Positions 1 through 15,014 of a DNA stretch of 64,000 nt are shown in pieces. Made by a program: the position numbers and the translations under genes. The stretch is from the human T2T-CHM13v2.0 reference genome, Homo sapiens: positions 28,608,001 to 28,672,000 of the forward strand of contig CP068257.2 of NCBI GenBank assembly GCA_009914755.4. The letters run 5' to 3'. The notes beneath the pieces are model-generated. The model was not told the origin of the DNA and did no database searches. It saw only the letters and a program-made list of their open reading frames with translations. The first letter of the stretch is position 1; the number at the start of each line of letters is the position of its first letter.

Positions 1-1216
1 AGCATATTAAAACCAAATAAAGAAGCCATGAGCATTAACCCATTTTTAATTAATAGTGTTAAAACTTAAGTTAGCCAAGTTACACTTCTATCAGCTTGTT
101 TCTAGAGCATATTATGTTAAATCATATTTTTAAAATGATAAATTACACTCTGAAGTTGTATAAGAAATAGAGGAAAGTAGGGCAGATGAATTCTAAATAT
201 GGTCTTAATTTATAATCTATGATTATTTTACTTAGTTTCTCATGTTCTTACCCACTTGAAAAAAAATTGGTTTTGCCCACAGCAAAAACATTTCATGTTG
301 AAGGAACAAGGACTGTATCTACAGAAGTTTATGAGCAGGAATATGTTGTTTTCCTACTTGTCAACACGAGTCTCCCATAGGAGTCTCTCCTTTTTCCTTT
401 TTAAGCCAAGTACTTAATTATGGCCTTGTAATTACTTATTCTTGTCAATTCACATCAAAACAACATAGCTACAAGGGATTTGTTTCTTGATTTTAGAACT
501 CGATTAAACAGAGTCCATTCATGAGCTCCCAGTCCTGCTGAGTGGTCTTTCACTTCCTGACACATAATTAATATCAAACAATTTTTTCTAACCTGGAATG
601 TGATTTTGGTGCATCTAATCAATCAACATTGCTCATGAAAATAGATGAACAATTAAGACCACTAAAAAATGACTCAGCCTTTAGGGTCTTTAAATGGTTG
701 TGTTTTTCTGAATACATTCATTTTGCAGGTAAGCAGCCAAGGTTAATAACTGAGTGATGTGGAAAGAGCACAGGTCTACAGTATTAGTCTGAGATCTTGC
801 ATTGATTATTTTTAGCATTTAATAGGAAGCCATTATGCACTCAGATCTGTCTGGATTGAGTGCTGATGGTACAAGGTAACCTCAAACAAAATAAAACACC
901 TGAGCAGCCACTTAGTATGTTGTGTGAGATTTGTTTTATTTCCTTCATACTTTTATTAAATCTGTGATATATGGGGATGCCGTGGTTTAGGCTGGATGCT
1001 GTTATTTATAGACATTTCAATGGCCAGCAGTGGGAAAATTGCCTTATAAATTTCCTAGGACAAAAAATGTGCCTTAAATATTTAAACTGTTTTCCTAAAA
1101 TTGGTGACTTGAGTCAACTGTTGAGAGTAAATAGCTCCTTTCTTTGTAGAGATTGTGGTGGGGTGAGGATGCAGTAAAGCTTGAATGGGAATTTAGTTAG
1201 ATAAAAGTAAAACTCA

Positions 1217-1533
<317 letters not shown>

Positions 1534-1614
1534 CTAAAAATAATGTAAAAAATTATCAATTTTGAAATGAATGAGGTTGTGTTCCAATATTGTGTTTATT
1601 TCCTCTTAGAAAAG

Positions 1615-2031
1615 TGTTAGGGACAAGCTGCCCCAGGAACCCCCCACTCCCTCAATGTAGCTGACCCTTACCCTGAATACTCTGCAGCTGCATTCCTGAA
1701 CCCTTATCTAGGTGCCACAGCAAGGTAACCAGATTTGCTATGCTGAAGCCCTCCAGGCAGCATGGGGGAGGTCATGAGAAATGTGGGTAAACCTATGTTA
1801 CACCCTTTTGTAAATTCCTGTTTTCATAATATATTGTAAGCCAGCCACAAGATGATATGTGGTAAAGTTAACCAACAAACAACTCCAGGGCCTCTCTCCC
1901 TGGTATAAACCCCTCACTTTGTAAGCTCAGGGCTGCCTCCTCTGACTGTGGTGGAGCAACCCGGCAGGTTAATAAACTTACTCGCCTGACCTTGGGTCTC
2001 TCTCTCATCTTTTCTCTCGGCTAACCTTGCA
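1615..2031 (+). mobile_element. Solo retroviral LTR (family not assigned) with TATA (ggtataaa, about 1903) and AATAAA (about 1971), TG..CA termini and a 5-bp TSD aaaag
   Basis: Starts tgttagggacaag and ends ctaaccttgca. Both flanks read aaaag. Has U3/R-like promoter-then-polyA-signal architecture. Confidence 0.5.
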
Positions 2032-3605
2032 AAAAGCTGTTTTGTTCAGGTCTAAGGTTTAAGGGGAGTTGAGGCTTTACATTGTATAGAAAAGGCATGC
2101 TCAGGGTCAGCTCATTATGGGAAAGAGCTGGCTATTACAAAAGAGCTTAGATTGGAGCGGAAAGAAGAAGGCTGAGAGGACCTCTTGAGGCTGGGCATAG
2201 TAACTCTAGGACTTGCTGTATTGTTTGTTGGTTTTACTGTTTTGCAATTTCTATCTGATATCCCAATACACACAAACACATTCTGTTCTTAGTTGTGTAG
2301 AGGTGGTATTAAAATACTGCTTGTGCTTATAAGGAGGGTGTGTCAAGTTCTATGGGTTTGCTTCTGTTTGAAGAAAGTTGATCCAAGATGATGAAGCTGT
2401 ATTTAAGAAAATCTGAATTCTCTTCTGAAGCTAGACAGTGGGCAGTGGGATTTGGTATAGACTGGAACTTCTAGAGTCGAGCAGGACTCCAAGACCATTG
2501 AAATTTAGGTTTGAAAGAAGTGTCTGATTATTCAAAATTTAATGTAGGCTTATAAATATGAAAACTAAGGTTTAGAGGCAAGAAAGCTAGTAAGTGACAC
2601 AGAAGTAATATTCCTATTTCAAATCTTAATTGTTAAGTTTGATTCAGATTATGATAAACTAGCTTGCAGCAGAACAATCCTCCCATCAAGAAAAATTTTA
2701 TCATCTCTATTAGGGAAAACAAAAACAAAAACCCGTTTGAAGGCACAGGAGAGCAACCAAGATAGCTAGGACTTGAGTGGCTAATATCCTACAGAGAAGA
2801 GACACTCACTAGAGTGAGCTTAATCTTCTGCAACACATTTCTGCTCAAGTCGTTTGATAGTTTATAAGACAGGTGGATGGAAAGGCAGAGAAGTCAAGCT
2901 AAAGCTGACGCTAAAAGGCAAAAATACTGAGAAGAGATTTTGGCAGTCATTGAGATTGGAGACTTCATTCATATTCAGCATTACCAAAGTGGCTAATAAT
3001 TGAGAATCCAAGATCCTGAAAAGAAAAGTAACATAGAGAAGTGAGCTCAATGGTTGAGCCACTTTCCCCTCAAGGCATTAGTTCATTCAGATGTGGTTCA
3101 AACCAAGAGCTGGAGAAGCTTAGTACAACAGCTGCTCCTAAGAGACTGGAAAGCTACACACAACTGTTGGCAGTTTTCAGAACTGGATAAGCATTGGATT
3201 TCAGTGTGGAGGGTCTCCAGTAAACAAGCCAGGCTTTCAGCTGGTGCTCCTGAAAAACTACATTCTAAAAGTTGAGACAGAACATATGAGATCTTACAAA
3301 GGCTTCAACTCACCCTTAAATCAGCTCAAACACAGAAAGTATTCATACAATATTCATCTACCTGCCTATCAAAAACTAAAAGGAATCATCTAGAGAAAAT
3401 AACATCAATGAAAACCCTCTACAAAATTTTGTATTAAATCACAAGTGTCAGTGGATTAAAAATGTGACAAAGAAAAAAAGAAAAGAAAAGATAATGGAAA
3501 CCCTCACAGGTGGTCCATTCAGTAATATGGAAACTGGACAATGCCATTGCAAAAATGTCATTCTCTTATATGAATTTAGATGTACATTTGTTGTTGCTGT
3601 TATTT

Positions 3606-3728
3606 AGAGACAAGGTCTTTAGAGACCCAGACTGGTCCCAAAACTCTTGAGGAGTTGAGGATCAAGTGATCCTTCTGCCTCAGCCTCCTGAGTAGCTGAG
3701 AGTGCAGGAATGCACCATTGTGCTGGCT
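3606..3728 (-). mobile_element. Old Alu/FLAM-like fragment, antisense
   Basis: Contains gagacaaggtct...gatccttctgcctcagcctcctgagtagctgag. Confidence 0.5.
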
Positions 3729-3742
3729 TAGATGTAAATTTT

Positions 3743-3838
3743 TTTATTTTTTTGAGACAGAGTCTTGCTGTATTGCCCAGGCTGGAGCAAAGTGTCGTAA
3801 TCATGGCTCACTGCATCCTCAACCTCCTGAGCATAAGG
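3743..3838 (-). mobile_element. 5'-truncated Alu (last ~95 nt plus poly-A), antisense, with a 14-bp TSD agatgtaaattttt
   Basis: ttttttgagacagagtcttgctgtattgcccaggctggagcaaagtg...cctcctgagca, flanked on both sides by agatgtaaattttt. Confidence 0.65.
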
Positions 3839-4406
3839 AAGATGTAAATTTTTAAACCAAATGTTAGAAAATTAAAACTTGCAATGTTTGAAAAATTAAT
3901 GTATCACAAACAAATTGTGTTTATTTGAGGAATGCAAATTTTGTTTAAATATTTTTTAAGATAATTATATTTTCTACATGAAGGAAAAAGGAAGTAGCAT
4001 AAGATATTCTGAATAGGTACAGTAAACACATTTTGTAAAATTTAACCCTCATTTTCAAAAAAAAGCAAACAAAAAAATAGCAAACTGAAAATAACAGAGA
4101 ATTATCTTAATCTGATAGAAGATATTTATGAAAAACAGAGCAACCCTTTTTCTCAATGGTGATATACAGAAATCCTTTGCTTTTTAGTCTGAGAAAGAAT
4201 TAAGAAGTTTAAAATTAGTTCTGCTATTTAATTTTGTACTAGCAGCTCTATCCAGTGTAATAACTCAAGGAGAAAAAAGAGCATAAGAACTTATCAGGAG
4301 TAAATAACACAAACATTATTCAAAGCAGTCTGGCTATATATGAAAGTAATCCAAAAAAACCATCCTGTTAACCTATCAGAACTAATAAATAAACTCAAAG
4401 AAGTTA

Positions 4407-4728
4407 CTGAATACAGGGCAAGCATGGTTGTTCATGCCTGTATTCAGTAACTCTCAGTGCTTTGGGAGGCCGAGATGGGAGGATTGCTTGAGAACAGAAG
4501 TTGACCAGCCTGAGCAATATAGCAAGACCCTGTCTCTACAGAAAAATTAAAACATTAGCTGGGCATGGTGGTGTGTACCTGTAGTCCCAGCTGCTTGAGA
4601 GGCTGAGGTGGGAGGATCACTTGAGCCCAAGTGTTTGGGGCTGCACTGAGCTCTGAATAAGTCTTTGCATTCTTGCCTGGGCCACAGAGAGAGACTCTCT
4701 GTTGAAAAAAAAAAAATAGAGAAAAAAG
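4407..4728 (+). mobile_element. Alu (sense) with 13-bp TSD gttactgaataca. Its interior carries the reverse complement of this TSD
   Basis: ggcaagcatggttgttcatgcctgta...tgggaggccgag...poly-A. TSD copies at 4393..4405 and 4730..4742. Confidence 0.8.
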
Positions 4729-6190
4729 GTTACTGAATACAATTAATACAAAATCAATGTCTTCCTTTGTATCAGCAATAAAGTTTAAGAAAACGAAATA
4801 AAAAAAGTCTTTACAATTATATTTAAGCAAATATATAACTATGAATTTAATTTTAAAAAAACTAAATAAATGCAGCATGCATTTACCTTGTATGTTGATT
4901 AGAAGATGCAATACTGTTAAAATGTCAGTTCTTCCCAACTGATCTATAGATTCAGTACCATCTCAATCGAAATCGCATAAAAATATTTTTTAGAGACTGT
5001 CAAGTTGATTCTAAAATTTGTATGCAAATTCAAAAGTCAAAAAATAGCTAAGACAACATGAAGAAGAATCAAGCCAGAATACTTAAAATATAGGATATCA
5101 ATACTTTTTATAGAGCTGGAGTAATTAGAGTAATGAAGGTATTGGTATAATGGTAGATAAACTGACCAATAAAAAATGAGTCCAGAAGGAACTAACATGT
5201 ATGAATATTTGATTCATAACAAAGGTTTCACTGCAGAGTAGTCGGGAAAGAATGGTTTTTCAGTAAATGATGTTGGTACAAAGTGCATATTCATAGGGAA
5301 AAAATTGGAACTTGTCTCCCTATATTACACTATGCATAAAAGTAAGTTCAGGTGTACTCCAGATTTAAGGACACTAAAACACTAAAACTTCTAGAATACA
5401 AAACAGATTAATTTCATGGCTTTAGAGGTAAGCAGCAATTTTTAAAAGACCAAAATAAGAATTAATATAAAGAAAATTAAAATGGACCATCTTATAATTA
5501 AGAACTTAAAAATACTAATAAATTAGTGAAAAAGCAAACCTCAGATTACAAAAGTATTTGCAATGTATAAATTATATATAAACATATATATTATGATAAG
5601 AGTAAAAAAAATCACACAAAAAATCAGCAGGAACTTGAACAAACACTTCACAAAAGAGAATATCTAAAATAGTCAAAATACTAAAGAAAAAGGCAGTCAA
5701 CCTCATTGGTGATCATAGAAATGCAAAGTAAAACCAGGTAGACCTACCACAGACACACCAGAATGACTGAAATTAAAGCAAGAAGAAGCCATGTCTAGTG
5801 GCACACACCTGTAGTGCCAAATACTCTGGAAGCGGAGGCAGTTCCTCATCTCAAAAAATATTTAAAAATTAAAAAAAATTTTAAAAATAGTGAAAAGAGC
5901 AAGTGCTGCTGAGCATGTGATGTGAACAACTAGATCTCTCCTATACTTCCAGGAGTGTATCAATTGACCACAGTCTGCAAAAGTATATGTCAGTATTTAC
6001 TAAAGCTGAATGTTAGCATGCCCAGTATTTCAGAAATTCTCCTAAGTATATACTCAATAGAAATGTAAACATATATGTACCTAAAGATATATACAATAAT
6101 GTTCATAACAGCACTATTTGCCATAGTTAAAAAAAAATGGAAACTGCCTAAATGCCCACCATACCAGGGTACATAAATAAAATGGTTATA

Positions 6191-6270
6191 TTAGGTTGGT
6201 GCAGAAGTAATTGTGGTTTTTACGATTAACAGTAATGGCAAAAATGCAATTACTTTTGTATCAACTTAAT
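6191..6270 (+). mobile_element. MADE1 (Hsmar1-derived MITE), about 80 bp palindromic element
   Basis: ttaggttggtgcagaagtaattgtggtttttacgattaacagtaatggcaaaaatgcaattacttttgtatcaac. Confidence 0.8.
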
Positions 6271-6753
6271 ACATACAATAATATGTATAATTCAGCAATG
6301 AAAATGATCAAACTACATGCATGAATCTTACTAACATAATTTTGAACGAAACATAGGCATCAATGAGTACATACACTATATGAAGTACAAAAATAGGTAC
6401 AATTGATGGTAAAAGGCATGGCCATGGTTACCTTTGGAAAGGAGAGACCTATAGTTACTGAGAGGGTGTTTCTGGAGGGCTGACAATGTCCTGTTGCTGA
6501 CAAGATCTGATTACACAAGTGTGTTTTCCTTTTGGTGATTCGCCAATCTGTAGTGTGCATATTTTCACCTTTCTCTTATTCTCTAATACTCGCATAAAGA
6601 AATTTGCTTAAAATAATTAAAACCACAATGTGGTGAGTGCTATAATTCCTTCCACAAAGAGCAATCAGTATGTTCTTTTCCAGTAAAAACCTGCGCCAAG
6701 GAACATAGAGACACTGAATTGTGGGGTTAACTCTGCATGAAGGTGTCTGGGAG

Positions 6754-6985
6754 AGATACGGTTTTGATCTGTGTCCCCAGCAGCTTTTATGTCGAATTCT
6801 AACCCCCAGTGTTGGAGGTGATGCTTGGTGGGAGGTGATTGAATCATGGGGTGGAGTGCTCATGAATGGGTTCGCGCCATCCACTGGCGCTACTGAACGG
6901 GTTAGCTGGTACTCATGAATGGGTTAGCGCCATCCACTGGTGCTATCTCCCAGTCTCAGGTATTTCTTCATAGCAGTGTGAGAAT
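6754..6985 (+). mobile_element. MaLR LTR fragment (THE1/MST-like) with an internal 38-bp tandem duplication
   Basis: tgtgtcccc...ggtgggaggtgattgaatcatgggg...cccagtctcaggtatttcttcatagcagtgtgagaatgaattaatac. The duplicated unit is catgaatgggtt(c/a)gcgccatccactgg(c/t)gcta. Confidence 0.5.
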
Positions 6986-8514
6986 GAATTAATACCGAAA
7001 GACACTTAGATAATGCGTTAGGTAGGATTGTGGAAATAAATAGATATTTTCTTGGCACAAAGAGAGGAGTGTGTAAAGAAACAGCATGCATTAAGAAACT
7101 TTCCAAGACTAAAAATTCTGGGAATGCAGCGTCTTCCTGCAACTGCTGAATTAATTGTTAAAGTTTTTGCCACTTGAAGATCTTTCCTCCATTTTATCAA
7201 TCTACGGAAGAGAAACGCAGTAAAAGATAATCTACTGCTCACGGGGCTTATTATCCATGGCCTCCCTCCTGCTGACCATCGACTAGACATGTGGCTACTC
7301 ATTATCCCCAGAAAGAGTGCTCAGGGAAGGAAGGGGAAAAAGTCAAATTAGTTAATTAAGCATCTCTGGCCAAAGGTTTGGTAGTGGGAAGAGGTTGAAA
7401 CTAATGACTAAAATAAATCTGTTAGATTTAATGAAACTCTTAGTTTTGGCTTCCCCTGACTATATGGAGAAATGAGAATTAGGCTTTAATTTGCTTTTTA
7501 ATAGTGTCCCATCTGACACAAGCTCTTATGCACTTAATTCAGCAATTAAAAGTTTTAATGTATAGAAGATGCTAAGGAAAAGAGTGCCCATTTAAACTTG
7601 TCATTGATTCCCTGAACAAATGCAAACTAAGATAACAAAAACCACACTTAGAAGTCATTTTTTTAACAGCAAACTTTATTATTTTACTGAAATGCAATGA
7701 AATAATGACATTTGCTTTCTGTAGTCAATGACATTACATTTTTTTAAAACTAAATGTCGCTAATTTTTATTTTCAAATTATAAAACATTTACCAGTTTAA
7801 AAAATTATAAACAATGTCTGTTTTCATTGGAATTGTCCCTTGAGTCATTCAACTTTAATGGATGCATTTTACAATGGAGAGCATTTCATTAGATGGGAAT
7901 GTGGTTCAAAGCTACCCAAGAAAGATATCTTCTGCGTTTGAAAGCCAGTCCATTGATACGTGACTTACTGAGGATTGAAAAGGTTTATTGTAATACAAGT
8001 TTTACTGTAACAATCACATAATTAAGATCACACATTACTCATATCAACTGGTCCACCAATTCATCATCAGTGAACAGATTTTTCATTGACTGCTGGAGAC
8101 TCTGATATGTTGGGATCTACATATGAGTAAGCAAAACATGGAGAAATGGTCAAACAGCAGCAGTCCATGAAGCACAAATTGGAAATATTTGCAATAGCGA
8201 TTCACAGTGAAGAGATGACAGAGGAAGGATGATAGGATTTATATTGAGATAAGAAAAAGTAACCATGGGGAAAATAGCACTATTAAATAGAAGGCATCTA
8301 TTTCTGAAATCTGAGAATATCCATTAAAAACCCATAGAAAAAAAGAGACAGTACTGCATACCATGAACAAAAATAGATAGTATCTGTGTGGATCTATGAA
8401 GTAGTAAATTATCATAGTAATAGGATGTTAATATATGCTTGATGGAGACTTTGTACTTTGAAGACAGAAGTTTGAGCAAATAATGACTTAGACTTGAATC
8501 TGAAATAGCCTTCT

Positions 8515-8871
8515 AATATGATTTGGCTATGTCCCCATCCAAATCTCATCTTGAATTGTTATTCCCACAATTCCCACGTGTTGTGGGAGGAACCCGGTGG
8601 GAGGTAATTGAATTACGGGGGCAGGTCTTTCCTATGCTATTCTTGTGGTTGTGAATAAGTCTCACGAGATCTGATAATTTTATAAATGGGAGTTTCCCTG
8701 CACAAACTCTCTTCTCTTGTCTGTCACCATGTGAGAAGTGCCTTTCACCTACTTCCATGATTGTGAGGTCTCTCCAGTCACATGGAACTATGATTCCACT
8801 AAAACTGTTTTTCCTTGTAAATTACCCAGTCTCGGGTATGTCTTTATTGGCAGTGTGAAAATAGACTAGTA
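8515..8871 (+). mobile_element. THE1-family (MaLR) solo LTR
   Basis: gatttggctatgtccccatccaaatctcatcttgaattgt...cccacgtgttgtgggagg...ggtaattgaattacgggggcaggtctttcc...aattacccagtctcgggtatgtctttattggcagtgtgaaaatagactagtaca matches the THE1 LTR consensus end to end. Confidence 0.75.
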
Positions 8872-9284
8872 CACCTTCTATCTCTGAACTGAGGAAGTTA
8901 CTGGTTTGCATCAGTTTGGTACCATCAAGTTTCTGAGTGGCTTATATGGCTAATTAAGGGAAGACCTTTAAAAAAGTGAGATAATAACCCACCTAATTAC
9001 TATTTTTAAGTGAATTTCCAGGTATGGCATATATGGCTAATGAGCAGTACCATGATCTTGTCACAATTTTCAGGTTTGATATTATCTGATCATGGGAATA
9101 ATCATTACATGGATTTCTACCTTAGTAATAAGAATAGATTGGAATTGGGAGCACAGATTATTTTCATCTCTGCTATCAACCACTCCAGTGACCCTACGCT
9201 TTCAAGATTGTTCAATTATATAGAATCACAGACAAGAAGGATACAGCAATAATTAACCTGGTCTCAGGTGATCCATCCTAGATG

Positions 9285-9670
9285 AATTAGTCAAGATTTA
9301 TTTTAAGGAATATTAAAGAATTGGCTTACATGATTGTGAGGACTGGCAAGTCCAAAATCCACACAGAACAGGTTGGCAGCTGGAGACCCAGGGAAGAGTT
9401 GATGTTGCAGCGCTAGTCCAAAAGCAGTCTAGAGGAAGAATTCCCTCTTTCTTCAGGGGACCCCAGTCTTTTTCTCTCAAGGCTTTCAATGAATTGGATG
9501 AGATCCACTCACATTATGGAGAATAATCTGCTTTACTCCAAGTCTACTGATATAAATGTGAATCTCATCTAAAAAAATTCTTCCACAGAGACATTTAGAC
9601 TGATATTCTGCCAAATAACTGGTACTATGGCTTCGGCAAGTTGACACGTAAAATTAGCCATCACATTAAC
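9285..9670 (-). mobile_element. Ancient L1 (L1MA/L1MB-type) 3'UTR fragment, antisense
   Basis: ...ggcaagtccaaaatccacacagaacaggttggcagctggagacccagggaagag...ctcacattatggagaataatctgctttactccaagtctactgatataaatgtgaatctcatc...aagttgacacgtaaaattagccatcaca is the reverse complement of the L1M 3' end (tgtgatggttaattttatgtgtcaacttgac...). Confidence 0.6.
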
Positions 9671-10493
9671 ATTCGTACTTCCTAATAAAAATAATCTGAT
9701 TTGGTCAGTTTGCTACTCTCTAATATAAAATACTAAATTGGGAAATGTTTTTCACCAATGTGTTAGAGGATGTTGGCTTCTTTCATGTCCACTGTGTAAT
9801 ACTCTTTATACTTTCACTGATCCCTGGGATCTTTGATTGTGAGTCAGGAATCAGGGGAGGGTTTGGAAGATTCCTATGAATCATGGCAAATGATGCAAAG
9901 AGAACTGTTAGGAATCATTTCCTTAGAAATGGGCAGAGAATAAGGCAGGCACTTAGAATTTCAATACTTTCTCTCAAACCTACATCCAAAATGTGTATGT
10001 CAATTTGCAATTCTATCAGCAATAAATGTGCACTGAATAGAAAGTTAGAATGATATTAATCCCTTTAAAATTTTCTCATTTCTCTAACAGGTATAAAATG
10101 AAATGCCAAATTGTTGTCATTTTCATTTATTTGAATACCAGTGAGGACAAATTTCCCCAAGTGTTTTTTTGTTTTCCCCTTGAGCAAATGTTTATTCATA
10201 TTATTTATCCATTCATCTGTTAAAATGTTACACTATTCTTTATACATTTGAGTGAGCTTTTTATGTACTGAAGATATTAACCTCTTTATACCTTTATCAT
10301 GTCGAATATAAGCACTTCACATTTAGAAACTTGTCTCATATTTTAGTTGTATTTATTTTAATTCCAGAAGTATAAAATCGTGTATTTTCAAATCTTTCAA
10401 TTTGTTCTTTATTACTTTTTTTTTGTTTCAAAATGTATCATTCCTCATTCCTTTACACATCTAAAAAATATTCTCTTTTATTCTTGGCTTATA

Positions 10494-10645
10494 TACATAT
10501 ATATATACATATACATATGTATATATATATGTACACTTATATATACATATACATATGTATATATATATGTACATATATATACACATACATATGTGTATAT
10601 ATATGTACACATATATATCTATATCTATATCTATATATAGATATA
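10494..10645. repeat. Simple / low-complexity (TA)(CA)-rich repeat (atatatgtaca-type)
   Basis: atatatatatacatatacatatgtatatatat... The overlapping ORFs 10380..10761 are artefacts of this repeat. Confidence 0.85.
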
Positions 10646-10884
10646 AAGTAAGTTTCAAGACTACCTACAGTCTATTTGAGAGAATGGTATCTACTCCATT
10701 AAACACTCAATTTTCTTTATTCCTATATACTTGTGAGATTATATATTTGATTAAAAAGTAAGATATATGTGTACAAATATGTACGTAAACATGTATATGC
10801 AATTGTATGCATATTTATCTACTAGTACATACATATGTATATATAGAAATGTCTATGTCTATCATTTATTTAAAAAGAAACCTC

Positions 10885-12300
<1,416 letters not shown>

Positions 12301-13584
12301 GACAGAAATTTCTCATCAATATCCATTTCAAGGTGCATCATAAGGTTGGAAGTACACCATTTTCTAAACTTACACAATTCCTATTTTGTTCAGGAAAACA
12401 TATGCTTAGTTATAAATAGTCATCCCTCCTTACTTTCCTGCAATAGGAATAGAGATGCGACCACGCCCTGGTCAATTAGATGTAAATAGAAATCAATGAA
12501 TGGGGCACCTGAATAGCAATTTAAAGGGAGCCATATTTAGGTGGTCTATTTCTTTAGCTGTTTATCTTTCTCCTTTTCTCCTTTGTCCTATCTAGAATAA
12601 GCATCTGATACCTGAAGGTAAAACAGCTCTCTGGGGGAAGTGAGAATAAAAGCCACACACTGGGGTTGGTGTAACAGAAAGCTGGAATTATCTGGGTTTT
12701 TAATGGCATCGTGGAGAAGTCTTACCAGCCTTGACTTACCTATGTCTCCCCCAGTTTTGGTATGCAAGAAGAAAGACCTTTGTGTTGTGAAGCCAGGGTA
12801 GGCAGTTTTCTGTTTTCTGCAGCTCAATGCAGGCCTAACAAATGCATTTACTTCTATCTAGGACTTGCAAGGCTTTTTATTTATCTATACCACTGAAAAT
12901 GGCAAATAAATCATGTTTCTTGCTTCTAAAACAATTACCAGTTTTGTCTTTAAACATTGCATAAGATAATATAATGTTTATAGAGACAATTTAATTTTAA
13001 AGAAACAGGGAAGTTAAATAAAACAATGCATATTTCATCTCTGTTATAGAAAACACATTGATCTAAGCCATGGGCCCACATCTATAATTAAGCCATAGCC
13101 CTTGACACAAAGTGTTCGCATTCTAGTGGGTAAGAAAAATGTATATGGATAGCTGTGACACTGTCTGACAAGTGCAATAAATATAATATTTCCAAAGCTC
13201 AATCCAAACCCTTCTCAAAATCATTTTTTCTTTATTTTTTCTTTATTTCTCAAAATCATTTTCCTTTTATCACAGGGCAGCATTATTAACTCAAGTCCCA
13301 TCACTCACCCAAGACTCAAATTTCAGGATCTTGCTTCTCCTTCATGCTTGCAATCAATCCAATTTCCCTTAAATGTGTACCACATCTATCTCCATTTATG
13401 GTACCACTGTTTATATTCAGCAACCACCTAAGAATTATTGCACTAACCAGTTGACTGGCTTCTGTATCCTTCATCTTTTTTAACTCCTTTATGTTTTTAT
13501 ACCTGTTACCACAGTCATAAAAGTTTTTTTCTTTAAAATCTGTTTTTGTTTCCCAACATCTACCAGATAAAACCTAACTCCTTA

Positions 13585-14105
13585 AGGTGACTGATGTGTT
13601 AGTGAGAGTTCTTCAGGGAAACAGAATGAATGGAGTAGTTATAAATAAAGAGATTTATTATGAGAGGTTAACTTATGCCTGTAAGGAAGCTGAGAAGCTC
13701 CATGATCTGCTCTCTGCAAGTTGGAGGGACAGGAAAATCAGTGGTATAGTTCCAGCCCAAGTCCAAAGGCCTGACACCTGGGGAAAAAAAGATGTAAGTC
13801 CATGTCCAAGTCGAAAGGCCAGAGAACCAAGAGCTCCAGAGGATAAAAGAAGAGAGATGGTCCAGCTCAGCAAAGGAAGTGAATTTGCCTTTCCTCTGCC
13901 TGTTTGTTCTATTCAGGCCCTCAACAGATTGGATCATGCCCACCCATGCTGGGGCAAACCATCTTCTTTACTCAGTCTATGGATTCAAATACTAACATGC
14001 TTCCAGGCACACCTTCATCGACACACCCAGAAAGTAATGTTTTACCATCTTTATGGGCATCTCTTAGACCTGTCAAGTTGACAAATAAAATTAACCATCA
14101 CATCT
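13585..14105 (-). mobile_element. Ancient L1 (L1M-type) 3'UTR fragment, antisense. Explains ORF 13587..14081
   Basis: tagtgagagttcttcagggaaacagaatgaatgg...tgttctattcaggccctcaacagattggatcatgcccacccatgctgg...aagttgacaaataaaattaaccatcaca. Confidence 0.6.
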
Positions 14106-14334
14106 GATAAGGCCTATAACCCAAACTAGGTGCCCACAGCATAAGTGCCAGCCACCGTGGGCAACTGGGAGTTCCCGGAATGTGTCATGCTCTTTCAGGG
14201 CCCCTCCGGAATGTGTCATGCTCTTTCAGGGCCCCTCCCTATGCCATGGGAACCCTTCTATTCTCTTCTCTACCTGACTTGTAAGAGTCTTTGTGGAAGC
14301 TTTTCTTTTCTTCCCTGGTAACTTTAATTCTCTA

Positions 14335-14505
14335 CCCTCTCCTGGCTCATAGGACTTTCTTCATTTTTTCCTTCCTTGTCCCTCTCTCTGCCTTCCCTTC
14401 TTCCGCCTCTTTCTCCTATTCCCTCTTTCTTTTTCTCCATTTTTCCCTTCCTTGCTTTCTTTTTTACTTTCTTCCTTTTCTTTCTTTCTTCCTCTTCTCC
14501 CTAAT
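14335..14505 (+). repeat. Polypyrimidine (CT/TTCC-rich) low-complexity tract, about 170 bp
   Basis: tcctggctcataggactttcttcattttttccttccttgtccctctctctgccttcccttcttcc... is almost purine-free on the plus strand. Confidence 0.8.
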
Positions 14506-14707
14506 CTTTATACTAGAATAATTTGTTGATATATTTGTGCTTCGTAAAAGTCCATGAGGTCCTTGCAATAGGTCACTTTGTGTTACAAAGAACCTGGTTT
14601 TTATTTTTTATTTTTTGATCAAGATGTTAAGATCTAATTTCAAAACATATGGAAATAATTGCATACATTTAACATTACTGTTAAAAAAACTCTCTTAAAT
14701 CCTTTAG

Positions 14708-15014
<307 letters not shown>

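Noticed and set aside
4555-4938. 127-aa minus-strand ORF
   Set aside because: It spans an Alu and AT-rich low-complexity DNA. It is a chance ORF.
10380-10761. Overlapping ORFs rich in Y/I/H (MYIYMYIY...)
   Set aside because: They are translation of a (TA)(CA) microsatellite.
13587-14081. 164-aa plus-strand ORF
   Set aside because: It lies wholly within an antisense ancient-L1 3'UTR fragment. There is no protein-like composition or conservation signal. It is a chance ORF.
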